Part shown: one piece after another, positions 20,823 through 32,142 of the stretch
Layout of the letters: each line of letters opens with the position of its first letter
Numbering within the stretch: position 1 is the stretch's first letter
DNA from: an uncultured Acidobacteriota bacterium
Lineage (GTDB): Bacteria > Acidobacteriota > Thermoanaerobaculia > Gp7-AA8
Assembly (NCBI GenBank): GCA_963822445.1
Contig: CAWGHO010000002.1
Location: forward strand, 1,344,001-1,408,000
Length of the DNA: 64,000 bases
Direction: 5' to 3'
Made by a program: the position numbers and the translations under genes
Notes under the pieces: model-generated
What the model saw: only the letters and a program-made list of their open reading frames with translations
What the model was told of the DNA's origin: nothing
Databases searched by the model: none

Positions 20823-21551
20823 TCAAGAGAGCGTGAACTCGGCCGGCACCGGAGCGGTCAACGTTCCACCGAACTCATCGTGCTCGAGCTTCCACGCGTG
20901 CAGCATCATCCGCGGCGCGGGCATCGACGAGCCGTAGCGGCGGTCGCCGACCACCGGCCGCTCGATCGATTTGAGGTGGATGCGGATCTGGTGCATGCGT
21001 CCGGTCAGGATCTCGGCCTCGACGAGGGTCGTGTCGCCGATCTCCTTCAAAGGCCGCACGATCGTGTGCGCGTCTTTGTCGCCGATCGGCGACTCGATGG
21101 TCAGATCGTGCGGAATGGCGCCTTCGATCACGGCCAGGTAGGTCTTTTTCACCGATCGCGTGGCGAACAGCTCCGAGAGCCGCGCCGCCGCCGCCTTGTT
21201 CCGCGCGAACACGACCACGCCGCTCGTGCCGGTGTCGATGCGATGGACCACGAAGACCTCGCGATACTTCGCCCGCAACAACTCTTCGAGCGAGCGGTTC
21301 TTCCGATCGCGCGCCGGTTGCGTGGCCATTCCCACCGGTTTGTCGACGGCAATCCAGTCGGCGGTTTCTTTGATGATCGTCAGGTCGGCGTCGCCTTCGA
21401 TGAGCGTGATGCGATCGGCGCCGGATACTTCTCGGGATGCAACGGCGACCGGACGATCGTTTACGAGGACGCGCCTTTGTGAAATGAGCTCCCGCGCCTT
21501 GCGGCGCGAGAGCTCAGGATGACGGGCTGCGAGAGCCTGGTCGAGGCGCAC
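20823..21551 (-). CDS. RluA/RluD-family pseudouridine synthase with S4 domain
   Basis: RLDQAL S4 start, [22 protein letters not shown]. Confidence 0.92.
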   Translation of the reverse strand: MRLDQALAARHPELSRRKARELISQRRVLVNDRPVAVASREVSGADRITLIEGDADLTIIKETADWIAVDKPVGMATQPARDRKNRSLEELLRAKYREVFVVHRIDTGTSGVVVFARNKAAAARLSELFATRSVKKTYLAVIEGAIPHDLTIESPIGDKDAHTIVRPLKEIGDTTLVEAEILTGRMHQIRIHLKSIERPVVGDRRYGSSMPAPRMMLHAWKLEHDEFGGTLTAPVPAEFTLS

Positions 21552-21555
21552 GGCC

Positions 21556-22626
<1,071 letters not shown>

Positions 22627-22812
22627 CAGCCTGCTCCTTCAATTCCGGCAACTCACGGGCGGCTTTGCCGCCGTGGTTGCTCGCCGCGCAGCAGCCCGCG
22701 CTCTCGCGCGGCTGAGCGGCGGCGTTTCGACGTTAGAAATGACGTTTGTAAGCGCTGGAAATGGTCTTTCGGACGGGACATTCGTGTGGTGAAGCGAGTG
22801 TAAAGGAGCGAT

Positions 22813-25800
22813 GTGGAGCGCGCAAGAAATGGCCGTTTTGCTGGCATTTTTGCGCGCGGACTCTACAACGTGGAGAATGCCGGGCCAGTGGTCTCAGTGA
22901 GCAGTCCGCCATGGCGCGTCGCCCCTCTGCTGTTTTTCTCGGGGCTTTGCGCGCTCATCTACCAGACGGTGTGGCTGCGCGAGTTCCGGCTGATCTTCGG
23001 CGCGTCGACGTTCGCCACCGGCGCGGTGCTGGCCACGTTCATGGCCGGACTCGGCGCGGGAAGCGCGTGGCTGGGACGGCGTGCAGATGCGCGTGAACGG
23101 CCGCTGCTCTTCTACGGCAATCTGGAGATCCTGATCGCGCTCGGTGCGGGCCTCTCGCCGCTGCTGCTCTGGCTCGCGGCGCAGGCCTATTTCGCGAGCG
23201 GCGGCTCTCCGCAACTGGGGATCGCCGGCGCGACGATTCTGCGACTGGTGCTGGCGACGCTGGTGCTCGGACCGGCGACGTTTCTCATGGGCGGCACGCT
23301 GCCAGCGGCCGCGCGCGCGGTGGCGACGAACGAAGACGGTTCGCGTCGCGCGGTGGCGTTGTTGTACGGCGTGAACACGCTCGGCGCGGTGGCGGGGGCG
23401 TTGTTGTCGACGTTCGTGCTGCTGGAGATTTTCGGCAACCGCGCCACGCTGTTCATCGCGGTGGCGGTGAATCTGGTGGTGGGGATGGTGGCGCGGGGGA
23501 CTGGCCGCGGCGCCGTCGTCGAGCCGCCCGCCAGGTCCCTCGACTTCGCTCGGGATGACAGCGGCGGGAGCGCGCACGTCTACGCGGCTTCGGCCATCGT
23601 CGGCTTCGCATTCCTGGTCATGGAGCTGGTCTGGTATCGGATGCTCTCGCCGATTCTCGGCGGGACGACGTACATGTTCGGGCTGATTCTGGCCGTCGCG
23701 CTTTTCGGAATCGGCGTGGGTGGTGCGCTTTACGCGGGGCGGAGCGCGGCGCGGGCGACGGCGGGTGCGTTCGCGATCACCTGCAGCCTGGAGGCGCTGG
23801 CGGTCGCGGTGCCCTTCGCGCTCGGCGATCAGCTCGCGATTCTGGCGAACGTCCTCCGCGATTTTGGCGTCTCCGGTTTCGGCGGCCACGTCACGGCGTG
23901 GACGTTCATCACGTTTCTTGTCGTGTTTCCCGCGGCGACGGTCGCCGGATATCAGTTCCCGCTGCTCATCGCCCTCCTCGGCCGCGGTCGCGAGAACGTC
24001 GGAGGGCAGATCGGCGGCGCATACGCCTGGAACACCGTCGGCGCGATCGCGGGATCGCTCGCCGGCGGCTTCGGTCTCCTGCCGCTGCTCACCGCGCCGG
24101 GCACCTGGCGGCTCGTCGCAATCCTGCTCACCGCGCTGGCCGCGGTGGCGATCGTCTTCGCGATCCGCGAGCGCGATCACTTCCGCGCGTTCGCCACCGC
24201 CGGCATCGGCGCGATCGCCCTCGCTTGCGCATTCGCGACCGGCCCGACCGCGGTCTGGCGGCACAGCGGCATCGGCGCCGCGCGCGCGACGCAACCGGAA
24301 TCGCGCAACGAGCTTCAGAAGTGGATCAACAGCGAACGACGGACCGTGATCTGGGAGAAAGACGGGCGGGAGAGCAGCGTGGCGATCGTCGCGCCGACCG
24401 ACCTCGCGTTCATGGTCAACGGCAAGAGCGACGGCTCGGCGCGCGGCGACGCGGGCACGCAGGTCATGGTCGGACTCCTCGGCGCAGCGCTGCATCCGAA
24501 TCCGCGCCGTTCGCTCGTGGTCGGACTCGGCACCGGTTCCACGAGTGGGTGGCTGGCGCAGATCCCTTCGATGGAGCGCGTCGACACCATCGAGCTCGAG
24601 CCGGTGGTACTCGACGTCGCGCGCGCCTGCGCACCGGTGAACGCGAATGTCCTCGCGAACCCGAAGTCGCATGTCATCGTCGCCGACGCTCGCGAAGTCC
24701 TGCTCAACCGCGGCGAAACGTACGACCTCATCGCTTCCGAGCCTTCCAATCCATACCGCGCCGGCGTGGCCAGCCTGTTCACGCGCGAGTTCTACCAGGC
24801 CGCCGACCGCCGTCTCGCGCGCGGCGGCTACTTCCTGCAGTGGATCCAGTCGTACGCCATTCACGCGGAGACCATGCAGACGATCTACGCGACGCTCACG
24901 TCGGTCTTTCCCAACGTGCAGACCTGGTGGACCTCCGGCGGGGACTTCCTGCTGGTCGCGTCGCGCGCGCCGATCGTCATCGACGCCGCGACGCTCCGCG
25001 CCCGCATCGCGTCCGAGCCCTTCCGCACCGCGCTCCACAACGTCTGGCGCACCGAAACGGCGGAGCAGTTTCTCGGACGCATGGCCGCGAACGAGACGTA
25101 CGCGCGCGCCGCGGCGAAGGAAGCGCGTGCGCTGAACACCGACGATCGGACCGTGATCGAGTTCGGCTTCGCCCGCAGCATCGACGCGAGCGCAACCCTC
25201 CTCGGCCGGCTCGCCAAAAGCGCAACGGAGATGAATCTCAATCGACCGGTTGCCATGCGCGGCGCGATCGACTGGGAGATCGTGGACGGGAATCGGCTCG
25301 AGCGCATCGCCAATTCGGCCGCGCCGGTAAACCTCGAGCAGATGGCGCAATTCGGATACGCACTCGCGGATCGCGGCGATGAGCGCGCCATCGCGTACGC
25401 GCAAACGGTGGCGCGAAGCGAACCGATCGAAGCGGCGGTCATCCTCGCCGCGTTGCGGGTGCGGCAGGGGAACCACGACGAAGCCGCGGCCATGCTCCGC
25501 GGCGCGCTCGTCGGCTATCGCAGGAACCCCTGGCCCGATCGCGAGGTGATGCAGAACGCGGTCAAGCTGGCCATGCGCATCGGCCGCACCAGTCCGCAAC
25601 GAGCCCGGATGATGTTCGACGCGCTGTCGCAACCCTTCGCGGTGTTGCAGCAGAACGATCTGCGCCGCTTCGCGCTCATCGAGCTCGCGCCGCTGTTCGA
25701 AGGTTGCGGGCCGCACACGATCGCCGCGCTCCGCGCCGTCGAGCCGCATCCGTACTGGAGCAAGGAGTCGCTCGAGCTCCGCGTCGACTGCTACAACCGC

Positions 25801-25926
25801 GCGAACCTCACCGACCTGGCGGAGCAGGCGCTCGAGGACCTCGAGCGATTCACCGCCGCCGCTCCCGCGCCGGTGGTCACGCCACGAGATCGCCCAGCGC
25901 CGCGCGAATCTTCTTCAGATCGTTGA
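22813..25926 (+). CDS. Fused MFS-like membrane domain / spermidine synthase-like SAM-binding protein, paralog 1 (start uncertain)
   Basis: FFSGLCALIYQ, MGGTLP, LYGVNTLGA, VGLGTG, EPSNPY, SLFTREFY, NTDDR. Confidence 0.88.
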   Translation: MERARNGRFAGIFARGLYNVENAGPVVSVSSPPWRVAPLLFFSGLCALIYQTVWLREFRLIFGASTFATGAVLATFMAGLGAGSAWLGRRADARERPLLFYGNLEILIALGAGLSPLLLWLAAQAYFASGGSPQLGIAGATILRLVLATLVLGPATFLMGGTLPAAARAVATNEDGSRRAVALLYGVNTLGAVAGALLSTFVLLEIFGNRATLFIAVAVNLVVGMVARGTGRGAVVEPPARSLDFARDDSGGSAHVYAASAIVGFAFLVMELVWYRMLSPILGGTTYMFGLILAVALFGIGVGGALYAGRSAARATAGAFAITCSLEALAVAVPFALGDQLAILANVLRDFGVSGFGGHVTAWTFITFLVVFPAATVAGYQFPLLIALLGRGRENVGGQIGGAYAWNTVGAIAGSLAGGFGLLPLLTAPGTWRLVAILLTALAAVAIVFAIRERDHFRAFATAGIGAIALACAFATGPTAVWRHSGIGAARATQPESRNELQKWINSERRTVIWEKDGRESSVAIVAPTDLAFMVNGKSDGSARGDAGTQVMVGLLGAALHPNPRRSLVVGLGTGSTSGWLAQIPSMERVDTIELEPVVLDVARACAPVNANVLANPKSHVIVADAREVLLNRGETYDLIASEPSNPYRAGVASLFTREFYQAADRRLARGGYFLQWIQSYAIHAETMQTIYATLTSVFPNVQTWWTSGGDFLLVASRAPIVIDAATLRARIASEPFRTALHNVWRTETAEQFLGRMAANETYARAAAKEARALNTDDRTVIEFGFARSIDASATLLGRLAKSATEMNLNRPVAMRGAIDWEIVDGNRLERIANSAAPVNLEQMAQFGYALADRGDERAIAYAQTVARSEPIEAAVILAALRVRQGNHDEAAAMLRGALVGYRRNPWPDREVMQNAVKLAMRIGRTSPQRARMMFDALSQPFAVLQQNDLRRFALIELAPLFEGCGPHTIAALRAVEPHPYWSKESLELRVDCYNRANLTDLAEQALEDLERFTAAAPAPVVTPRDRPAPRESSSDR
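23533..23560 (+). repeat. REP-like 28-bp element, copy inside CDS
   Basis: AGGTCCCTCGACTTCGCTCGGGATGACA; 27/28 identical to 30942-30969. Confidence 0.85.
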
Positions 25927-26515
25927 CGAAGCGCGCGCGCTCCATCCGCCGCGCTTCATCGGACGGCGCGCGCAGGATCGAGGAAGGATGCACGGTCGCG
26001 GTCACGTACTCGGCGAGCTCCGATTTCACGAACTGGCCGCGCTGGATCGACACCCGGAACTTCGGACTGATCACGGCCTGCGCTGCGGTTGATCCGAGGC
26101 AGATGATCGCTCGGGGCTTGATCACTTGCAGCTCGGCCTGCAGCCAGGGGCGGCAGGCGGAGATCTCGACGGCATTCGGCTTCTTGTGAATGCGCCGCTT
26201 GCCGCGCGGCTCCCACTTGAAGTGCTTGACCGCGTTCGTGACGTAGACCTTCGAGCGATCGATGCCCGCCTCGCCGAGGGCCTTGTCGAAGAGAGCGCCG
26301 GCCGGGCCGACGAACGGACGTCCGGCCAGATCCTCTTTGTCGCCGGGCTGCTCGCCGATGAACATGATCAGCGAGGACTGCTTCCCTTCGCCGAACACGG
26401 TCTGCGTGCCGATCTTGTACAGCTCGCATCCGCGGCACTCCGCGGCGGCCGCGCGAAGCTTGTTCAGCGTGGGTCGGGGAGGGACGAACGGCGCGGCGGT
26501 CGGAACGGTCGTCAT
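25877..26515 (-). CDS. udgX: UdgX-family uracil-DNA binding protein
   Basis: CRGC Fe-S ligands, GEQPG, KRRIH R-loop, VHPS. Confidence 0.9.
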   Translation of the reverse strand: MTTVPTAAPFVPPRPTLNKLRAAAAECRGCELYKIGTQTVFGEGKQSSLIMFIGEQPGDKEDLAGRPFVGPAGALFDKALGEAGIDRSKVYVTNAVKHFKWEPRGKRRIHKKPNAVEISACRPWLQAELQVIKPRAIICLGSTAAQAVISPKFRVSIQRGQFVKSELAEYVTATVHPSSILRAPSDEARRMERARFVNDLKKIRAALGDLVA

Positions 26516-27711
26516 GAAGTCATCGACAACGCAACACTCGATCCCACCCAGGTGAAATCCTTGTTGAAGTCGACCCCGAGCATTTTCCCGCGCGACAGGC
26601 GCACTAGGTTCTGGGCGAGGATCGGCTTCGGCTCGTCGTCCGGGCGGAGGAACATCAGCCGGATCTCGATCTTCACCCCGCCGCCGTCGACGGCCTCGAG
26701 CGCCGGCTCGTAGGCGATCTTTTCCTGCAGACACCAGGCGTGGCGGTCGCGCTCGGGGATGGCGTCAATGTCCGCGCGCGTCGGCTCGACGTTGACGCCG
26801 CCGCCGGCGAAGGAGAACAGCGGCTTGAGCACGTAACGCGAGAGGTCGTCCGGAACGCGATCGAGCTCGGAGACGAACGTCGCCTTCGGCACGGACTCAT
26901 GCCGCAGAAACGGCAGCGAGTACTTCGACCAGACCCAGTACCAGTTCGGATGCGGCGCCCATTCGACGTCGAGCTCCTCGCGGTAATCGAACGGCAGCTC
27001 GATGCCTTTGGCGATGAGCTCGTCGAACACGATGCGGTTGTAGATCCGCCGCACGGGCGTTCCGTCCGCGCGAAACAGCTGCTTGCCGCGCTTCACCAGC
27101 GTGGTCGGATCGATCGGGTCGACGTCGAAGAGGAGCTTCGTGGCGGCGAAGTCGGGCCAGGTCTTCTGCCGCGGCGGGTCGATGTCCATGAGGATGACTT
27201 CGCGCGGGTCGTTCATCCCCACGATCGTGCGCCGCGCGAGATCGAGGAACGCCTCGCGGTCGTAGCCGGAGTACCAGCACGACCAGGCGAGGTCGAGCCC
27301 GTCCATCTTCGCCAGCGTGTCCTTCCACGCGTCGCGCTGAATGACCTGCAGGCTCGTCAGCGATGGGAAGCCCTGCAGCTCGATCAGCTTCGGAACGAGC
27401 GTGCCGTTCTCGCTGACCACGGCGAAATCGACCTGGGCGAGATTCGGCAGCGCGTCCATTCCCGGCGTGTTCCAGCGCTCGGGGATGGCCGCCTTCATCT
27501 GCTCGATCAGTTTCGGATCGGAGAGCTGTTCGATGATCGCCTGCGCGCTCGTGACCGCGCGCTCCTTGAAATCATCCGAGAGGAAAAGCGGCGTCTCGGC
27601 GAGCCGGAACTCGAAGTTCGAATTCAAACGGCGCGAGAGCTCGGACTGGTACCACGCGTAGAGCTCGGGAGTGAACTGCGCGTTGAACAACTGGCGAAAG
27701 CGGCGATCCAT
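26512..27711 (-). CDS. Circularly permuted ATP-grasp-like ligase (glutathionylspermidine synthase superfamily)
   Basis: VDF...PKLIELQ, RIYNR, WSKYSLPFL, YVLKPLFSFAGGGV, LQEKI. Confidence 0.7.
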   Translation of the reverse strand: MDRRFRQLFNAQFTPELYAWYQSELSRRLNSNFEFRLAETPLFLSDDFKERAVTSAQAIIEQLSDPKLIEQMKAAIPERWNTPGMDALPNLAQVDFAVVSENGTLVPKLIELQGFPSLTSLQVIQRDAWKDTLAKMDGLDLAWSCWYSGYDREAFLDLARRTIVGMNDPREVILMDIDPPRQKTWPDFAATKLLFDVDPIDPTTLVKRGKQLFRADGTPVRRIYNRIVFDELIAKGIELPFDYREELDVEWAPHPNWYWVWSKYSLPFLRHESVPKATFVSELDRVPDDLSRYVLKPLFSFAGGGVNVEPTRADIDAIPERDRHAWCLQEKIAYEPALEAVDGGGVKIEIRLMFLRPDDEPKPILAQNLVRLSRGKMLGVDFNKDFTWVGSSVALSMTS

Positions 27712-27847
27712 GCTCGTACTCTATCCTTGCGCGCTTGCGCGCGAGGATCTGCGGTTACACCGGCAGGAACGTAGTCTTTGGCGGCGGTCGTCGCGGTGCC
27801 ACCGTTGATCCTCCGTCGCTCCGCGACGAAGGATAGACTTCAGAGCG

Positions 27848-30800
27848 ATGCGAGCAACCTCCTCTACCTGGCGCGCGGCCATGCTGCTGTTCTGCTCCGG
27901 CGCCTGTGCCCTCATTTATCAAACTGTCTGGATGCGCGACTTTCGCCTGATCTTCGGCGTGTCCACGCTGGCAACCGGCGCCGTCCTGGCGATTTTCATG
28001 GGCGGCCTCGGCCTCGGCAGCGCACTCCTCGGCAAACGCGCGGATACGCATCCACATCCGCTTGCGCTGTACGGACGCTTCGAAGTCGGCATCGCGCTCT
28101 CGGCCGCGGTCAGTCCGCTGCTGCTCATGGCCGTTCGCGCGGTTTACATCGCGGCCGGTGGCTCGAACACCCTCGGCGCCATCGGCGGCACGTTGATCCG
28201 CCTCGCGCTCTCCGCGCTCGTGCTCGCGGTGCCGACGATTCTGATGGGCGGCACGCTCCCGGCCGCGGCCCGCGCGGTCGAATCGAGTGACGACGCCGGC
28301 CGCCGCCGTCTCGCGTTGCTCTACGGAATCAACACCCTCGGTGCGGTCACGGGCACGCTGCTGTCGACGTTCGTGATGCTGGAGCGCTTCGGCAATCGCG
28401 CCACGCTCATCACCGCGGCGTTGCTCAATCTCGCCATCGGTGCGATCGCCATCGCCATGGGGCGAAAGCAAAGTGTGGCCGAGGTTCCGCAGCAAAAATC
28501 GAAGAAGGCGCCCGCGAAAACAGTGGACGAGCCGGTTCGCGGTCCCGCTCTTCCGTCGCAGGTCGTGCTCATCGCCGCGGCGCTGGTCGGCTTCGCCTTC
28601 CTGCTCATGGAGCTGGTCTGGTATCGCGTCCTGTCGCCGATTCTCGGCGGCACGACCTTCATGTTCGGGCTCGTGCTCGCCGTGGCGCTGGCCGGCATCG
28701 GCATCGGAGGCGCGATCTACTCGTTGGGCCGCAGCGAGCGCGTCGCCAGCGGCGCCGGTTTCGCCGTCACCTGCGCGCTCGAGGCACTGGCGATGATCGT
28801 TCCGTTCGCGATGGGCGACCGCATCGCCCTGCTCGCGAATCGCCTCCGAATCGGCGTCGAGACGTTCGGTGGCCACGTCTGGTCGTGGGCGATCGTCACG
28901 ATCATCGTCGCGCTTCCCGCCGCGATCATCGCCGGCTTTCAGTTCCCCCTGCTCATCTCCCTTCTCGGCCGCGGACGCGATGGCGTCGGCCGCGAGACCG
29001 GCCTGGCATACGCGTGGAACACGGGCGGCTCGATCGCCGCATCGTTGCTCGGCGGCTTCATCCTCCTTCCCACCCTCGGCGCTGTCGGCTCCTGGAAACT
29101 CGCCGTCGCCGTGCTGATCGCGCTGGGCATCGTCGCGCTCTACTTCTCGCTCAAAGAACGGAAGCGATTCGCGATCGCGCTTTCCGCCGGCGCCACCATC
29201 GCTTCCATCGCCTGCATGTTTGCGCTCGGCCCCACCGCGCTCTGGCGGCACTCGGGCATCGGCGCCGGCCGCGCGCCGCTTCCGACGACCCTCAACGCGA
29301 CCCGCGACTGGATGCACGCCGTGCGGCGCACGCTCATCCTCGACACCGACGGTCAGGAAAGCAGCATCGCCCTGATCAGCGGCGATGACCTCGGCCTGTA
29401 CGTCAACGGGAAGTCGGATGGCTCTGCGCGCAGCGACTCGGGAACGCAGGTCATGTCCGGAATGCTGCCGGCGATGATTCATCCGAACCCGAAGAAGATG
29501 ATGATCATCGGCCTCGGCACCGGCACGACCTCGGGATGGGTCGCGGCGATTCCGACGGTCGAAAAGGTCGACGTCGTGGAGCTAGAGCAGGTTGTGGTCG
29601 ACGTCGGCCACTACTTCGGGCCCGTCAATCACGACGCGATGAAGAACCCGAAACACCGCACCAGCGTCGCCGACGCGCGCGAGATGCTGCTCACGTCGCG
29701 CGAGAAATACGACCTGATCTTCTCCGAGCCCTCCAATCCGTACCGCGCCGGCATCGCCAGCCTCTACACGAAGGAGTTCTATCGCTCCGCCGCGGACCGG
29801 CTGGAGCCGGGCGGCATCTTCATTCAATGGATGCAGATGTACGCGGTCGACGAGACGACCATTCAGACGATCTTCGCGACGCTGTCGACCACGTTCCCGC
29901 ACATCGAGGCCTGGACCACCACGCACGGCGACGTCGTGCTGACCGCGTCGAAAACGCCGATCGTCTTCGATGCCGACCTGGTGCGCGCGCGTCTGGCGCA
30001 GGAGCCGTACAAGAGCGCCGCCCATCTGGCGTGGCGCGTGGAGACTGTCGAAGGCGTGCTCGGCTACTTCCTCGCCAACGAGAGCGTGGCCAGGAGCATG
30101 GCCGCGAAGGCGACGGAACTGAACACCGACGATCGCGTCGTCATCGAGTTCAGCTTCGCGCGTACGCTCGCCCGCGGCGATTTCGACATGGCCAAGATGT
30201 ACGAGATCTCGCAGATGGCGAAAGGAACGCGGCCCGCGCGCGTTCGCGGCTCAGTGGATTGGGCTGCCGTCGACGCGAACCGCGGCTCGGTGTGGTGGCT
30301 GCCGTCGATCGATCCGCGCAACGCCTTCACCAACGCCTACACGACTCAGGATTTCCTGGGCGCGCTCGGACGCTGGCGCGCCGCGCCCTGGGCTCCGGTG
30401 AACTCGCTGCAGACGGCGATGCTCGCGCAGGTTCTGGCGATGGGTGGCGATCCGCGCGCGGAGCAGCACATCGAATCCTTGCGGGAATGGCAGCCGATCG
30501 AAGCCGACGTCATTCTGGGCATCCTCCGCTGGCAACAGCGGCGGCCGCAGGAAGCCGCACCGCTTCTGCAGTCGGCCTTTCACCGGATGCGCTCCACTCC
30601 CTGGCCGTTGCGCAGCGTGATGGATGCGGGGATCACCTTCGCGCTGGAGATGGCGTCGCGAAAAGAGCTCGGGCCGATCGCGCTCGACGCGCTTTCTCAA
30701 CGCTTTTCGGAATGGCAGCTCGACGAGGCCCGTCGCACGACGTATCTGCTCGTCGCGCATCAATCGACGCGCTGCGGAGCGCCGACGATGGCGTCACTGA

Positions 30801-30943
30801 AGGAGTTCGAGCCGAACATCCCCTGGAACAAGGACGCACTGGAGATTCGCGCGAACTGCTACGCGCAGAACAGTCACCCGCTGGCGGATCAGGCGAAGAA
30901 GGAGCTGGAGGAGTTCAACGAGAACGAGGCTTTCGGGCGCTAG
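27848..30943 (+). CDS. Fused MFS-like membrane domain / spermidine synthase-like protein, paralog 2
   Basis: Same motif series as 22813-25926 (VNGKSDGSAR, IGLGTG, EPSNPYRAG, NTDDR). Confidence 0.9.
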   Translation: MRATSSTWRAAMLLFCSGACALIYQTVWMRDFRLIFGVSTLATGAVLAIFMGGLGLGSALLGKRADTHPHPLALYGRFEVGIALSAAVSPLLLMAVRAVYIAAGGSNTLGAIGGTLIRLALSALVLAVPTILMGGTLPAAARAVESSDDAGRRRLALLYGINTLGAVTGTLLSTFVMLERFGNRATLITAALLNLAIGAIAIAMGRKQSVAEVPQQKSKKAPAKTVDEPVRGPALPSQVVLIAAALVGFAFLLMELVWYRVLSPILGGTTFMFGLVLAVALAGIGIGGAIYSLGRSERVASGAGFAVTCALEALAMIVPFAMGDRIALLANRLRIGVETFGGHVWSWAIVTIIVALPAAIIAGFQFPLLISLLGRGRDGVGRETGLAYAWNTGGSIAASLLGGFILLPTLGAVGSWKLAVAVLIALGIVALYFSLKERKRFAIALSAGATIASIACMFALGPTALWRHSGIGAGRAPLPTTLNATRDWMHAVRRTLILDTDGQESSIALISGDDLGLYVNGKSDGSARSDSGTQVMSGMLPAMIHPNPKKMMIIGLGTGTTSGWVAAIPTVEKVDVVELEQVVVDVGHYFGPVNHDAMKNPKHRTSVADAREMLLTSREKYDLIFSEPSNPYRAGIASLYTKEFYRSAADRLEPGGIFIQWMQMYAVDETTIQTIFATLSTTFPHIEAWTTTHGDVVLTASKTPIVFDADLVRARLAQEPYKSAAHLAWRVETVEGVLGYFLANESVARSMAAKATELNTDDRVVIEFSFARTLARGDFDMAKMYEISQMAKGTRPARVRGSVDWAAVDANRGSVWWLPSIDPRNAFTNAYTTQDFLGALGRWRAAPWAPVNSLQTAMLAQVLAMGGDPRAEQHIESLREWQPIEADVILGILRWQQRRPQEAAPLLQSAFHRMRSTPWPLRSVMDAGITFALEMASRKELGPIALDALSQRFSEWQLDEARRTTYLLVAHQSTRCGAPTMASLKEFEPNIPWNKDALEIRANCYAQNSHPLADQAKKELEEFNENEAFGR

Positions 30944-30969
30944 ATCCCTCGACTTCGCTCGGGATGACA
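30942..30969 (+). repeat. REP-like 28-bp element, intergenic copy
   Basis: AGATCCCTCGACTTCGCTCGGGATGACA overlapping the stop codon of paralog 2. Confidence 0.85.
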
Positions 30970-30988
30970 CGCGCGTTCGCGCGTGTCA
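30965..30988. terminator. Hairpin between convergent genes
   Basis: TGACACGCGCG-TT-CGCGCGTGTCA followed by CTTCTTCTT on the + strand. Confidence 0.6.
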
Positions 30989-31570
30989 CTTCTTCTTCAG
31001 CTCAGTCAGAACCAGCTTGGCCACGGCCTTGAGCGTGTCGAACACGCCTGTTCCGTTCATGGCCACGGCCTCGAACGTCGGCTCGCCTTTGAAGTTCAGG
31101 CGGCTGTACATCTCGTCCATCGGCAGCGCGGTCGGGAGATCGCGTTTGTTGAACTGGAGGACATACGGCACCTGCTTGAGGTCGTAGCCCTGCTCCTTGA
31201 GGTTCTTCTCTAGATTGATCAGCGACTCGACGTTCGCTTCCATGCGCGCATCCTGCGAGTCGGCGACGAACACCACGCCATCGACGCCCTTCAGGATCAG
31301 CTTCCGCGACGCGTCGTAGAAGACCTGGCCGGGAACGGTGTAGAGGTGAAAGCGGGTCTTGAATCCGCGGACCGTGCCGAGGTCGAGGGGGAGAAAGTCG
31401 AAGAAAAGGGTGCGGTCCGTTTCGGTGGCCAGCGAGATCAGCTTGCCCTTCGCCTGCGGGTTGGTCTTGTCGTAGATCCACTGCAGGTTGGTGGTCTTAC
31501 CGCAGAGGCCGGGACCGTAGTAGACGATCTTGCAGTTGATCTCCCGCGCGGCGTAGTTGATGAACGTCAT
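30986..31570 (-). CDS. mglA: MglA small GTPase
   Basis: [35 protein letters not shown]. Confidence 0.96.
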   Translation of the reverse strand: MTFINYAAREINCKIVYYGPGLCGKTTNLQWIYDKTNPQAKGKLISLATETDRTLFFDFLPLDLGTVRGFKTRFHLYTVPGQVFYDASRKLILKGVDGVVFVADSQDARMEANVESLINLEKNLKEQGYDLKQVPYVLQFNKRDLPTALPMDEMYSRLNFKGEPTFEAVAMNGTGVFDTLKAVAKLVLTELKKK

Positions 31571-31572
31571 CG

Positions 31573-32073
31573 CTATTCGCTGAACAGGCTGTCGATGTCT
31601 TCGTCCGTGATCTCAGCAAACGGAGAGTCGAACCGGTTCGCCGCGGACCCGCGCTCGGCCTCGGACTTCCGCAGGAGCACTTCGAACGTCCGCTCCAGCT
31701 CCTGGGATGCTTTCTTGACGCGCAGCCTGACCAGGCCGAGGGAGGATTTTTCGTCGAAGATCACGACGAGGATGACCCGCTGGGCGACCAGGGAGATGTG
31801 GATGTTGTCCTTCTCCCCTTCGTGAAAGAGGATCGAGAACTCTTTCTCGCCGATCAGCTTGGCCAGACCGTCCGTGGCGGCGACGTTTCCGGCGGTCAGG
31901 GAGGCGAGGGAAGTGGCGTCCACGCCTCGCATGTCGCCGTGAACGGCGATCTGCTGGCCGTTTTTGTCGACCAGAAAACAGATTTTCGAGTTGGAGTCGA
32001 CCTGCAGACGCTGAAGGATGTCCTTGATCTGCTGGTACTCCTCCTCGTACATCACGAGATCAGGAGCGGCCAT
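31573..32073 (-). CDS. mglB: MglB roadblock/LC7 GTPase-activating protein
   Basis: [39 protein letters not shown] tail. Confidence 0.95.
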   Translation of the reverse strand: MAAPDLVMYEEEYQQIKDILQRLQVDSNSKICFLVDKNGQQIAVHGDMRGVDATSLASLTAGNVAATDGLAKLIGEKEFSILFHEGEKDNIHISLVAQRVILVVIFDEKSSLGLVRLRVKKASQELERTFEVLLRKSEAERGSAANRFDSPFAEITDEDIDSLFSE

Positions 32074-32142
32074 TCATTTTCACCGTTTTCCGCGTGCGGA
32101 TTGGGACGGAAATGTATAGCACACGAAGCACTTACGAGGCGA

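Noticed and set aside
22630-22812. LexA box upstream of recA
   Set aside because: No convincing match to CTGT-N8-ACAG, GAAC-N4-GTTC or GTTC-N7-GTTC found by eye.
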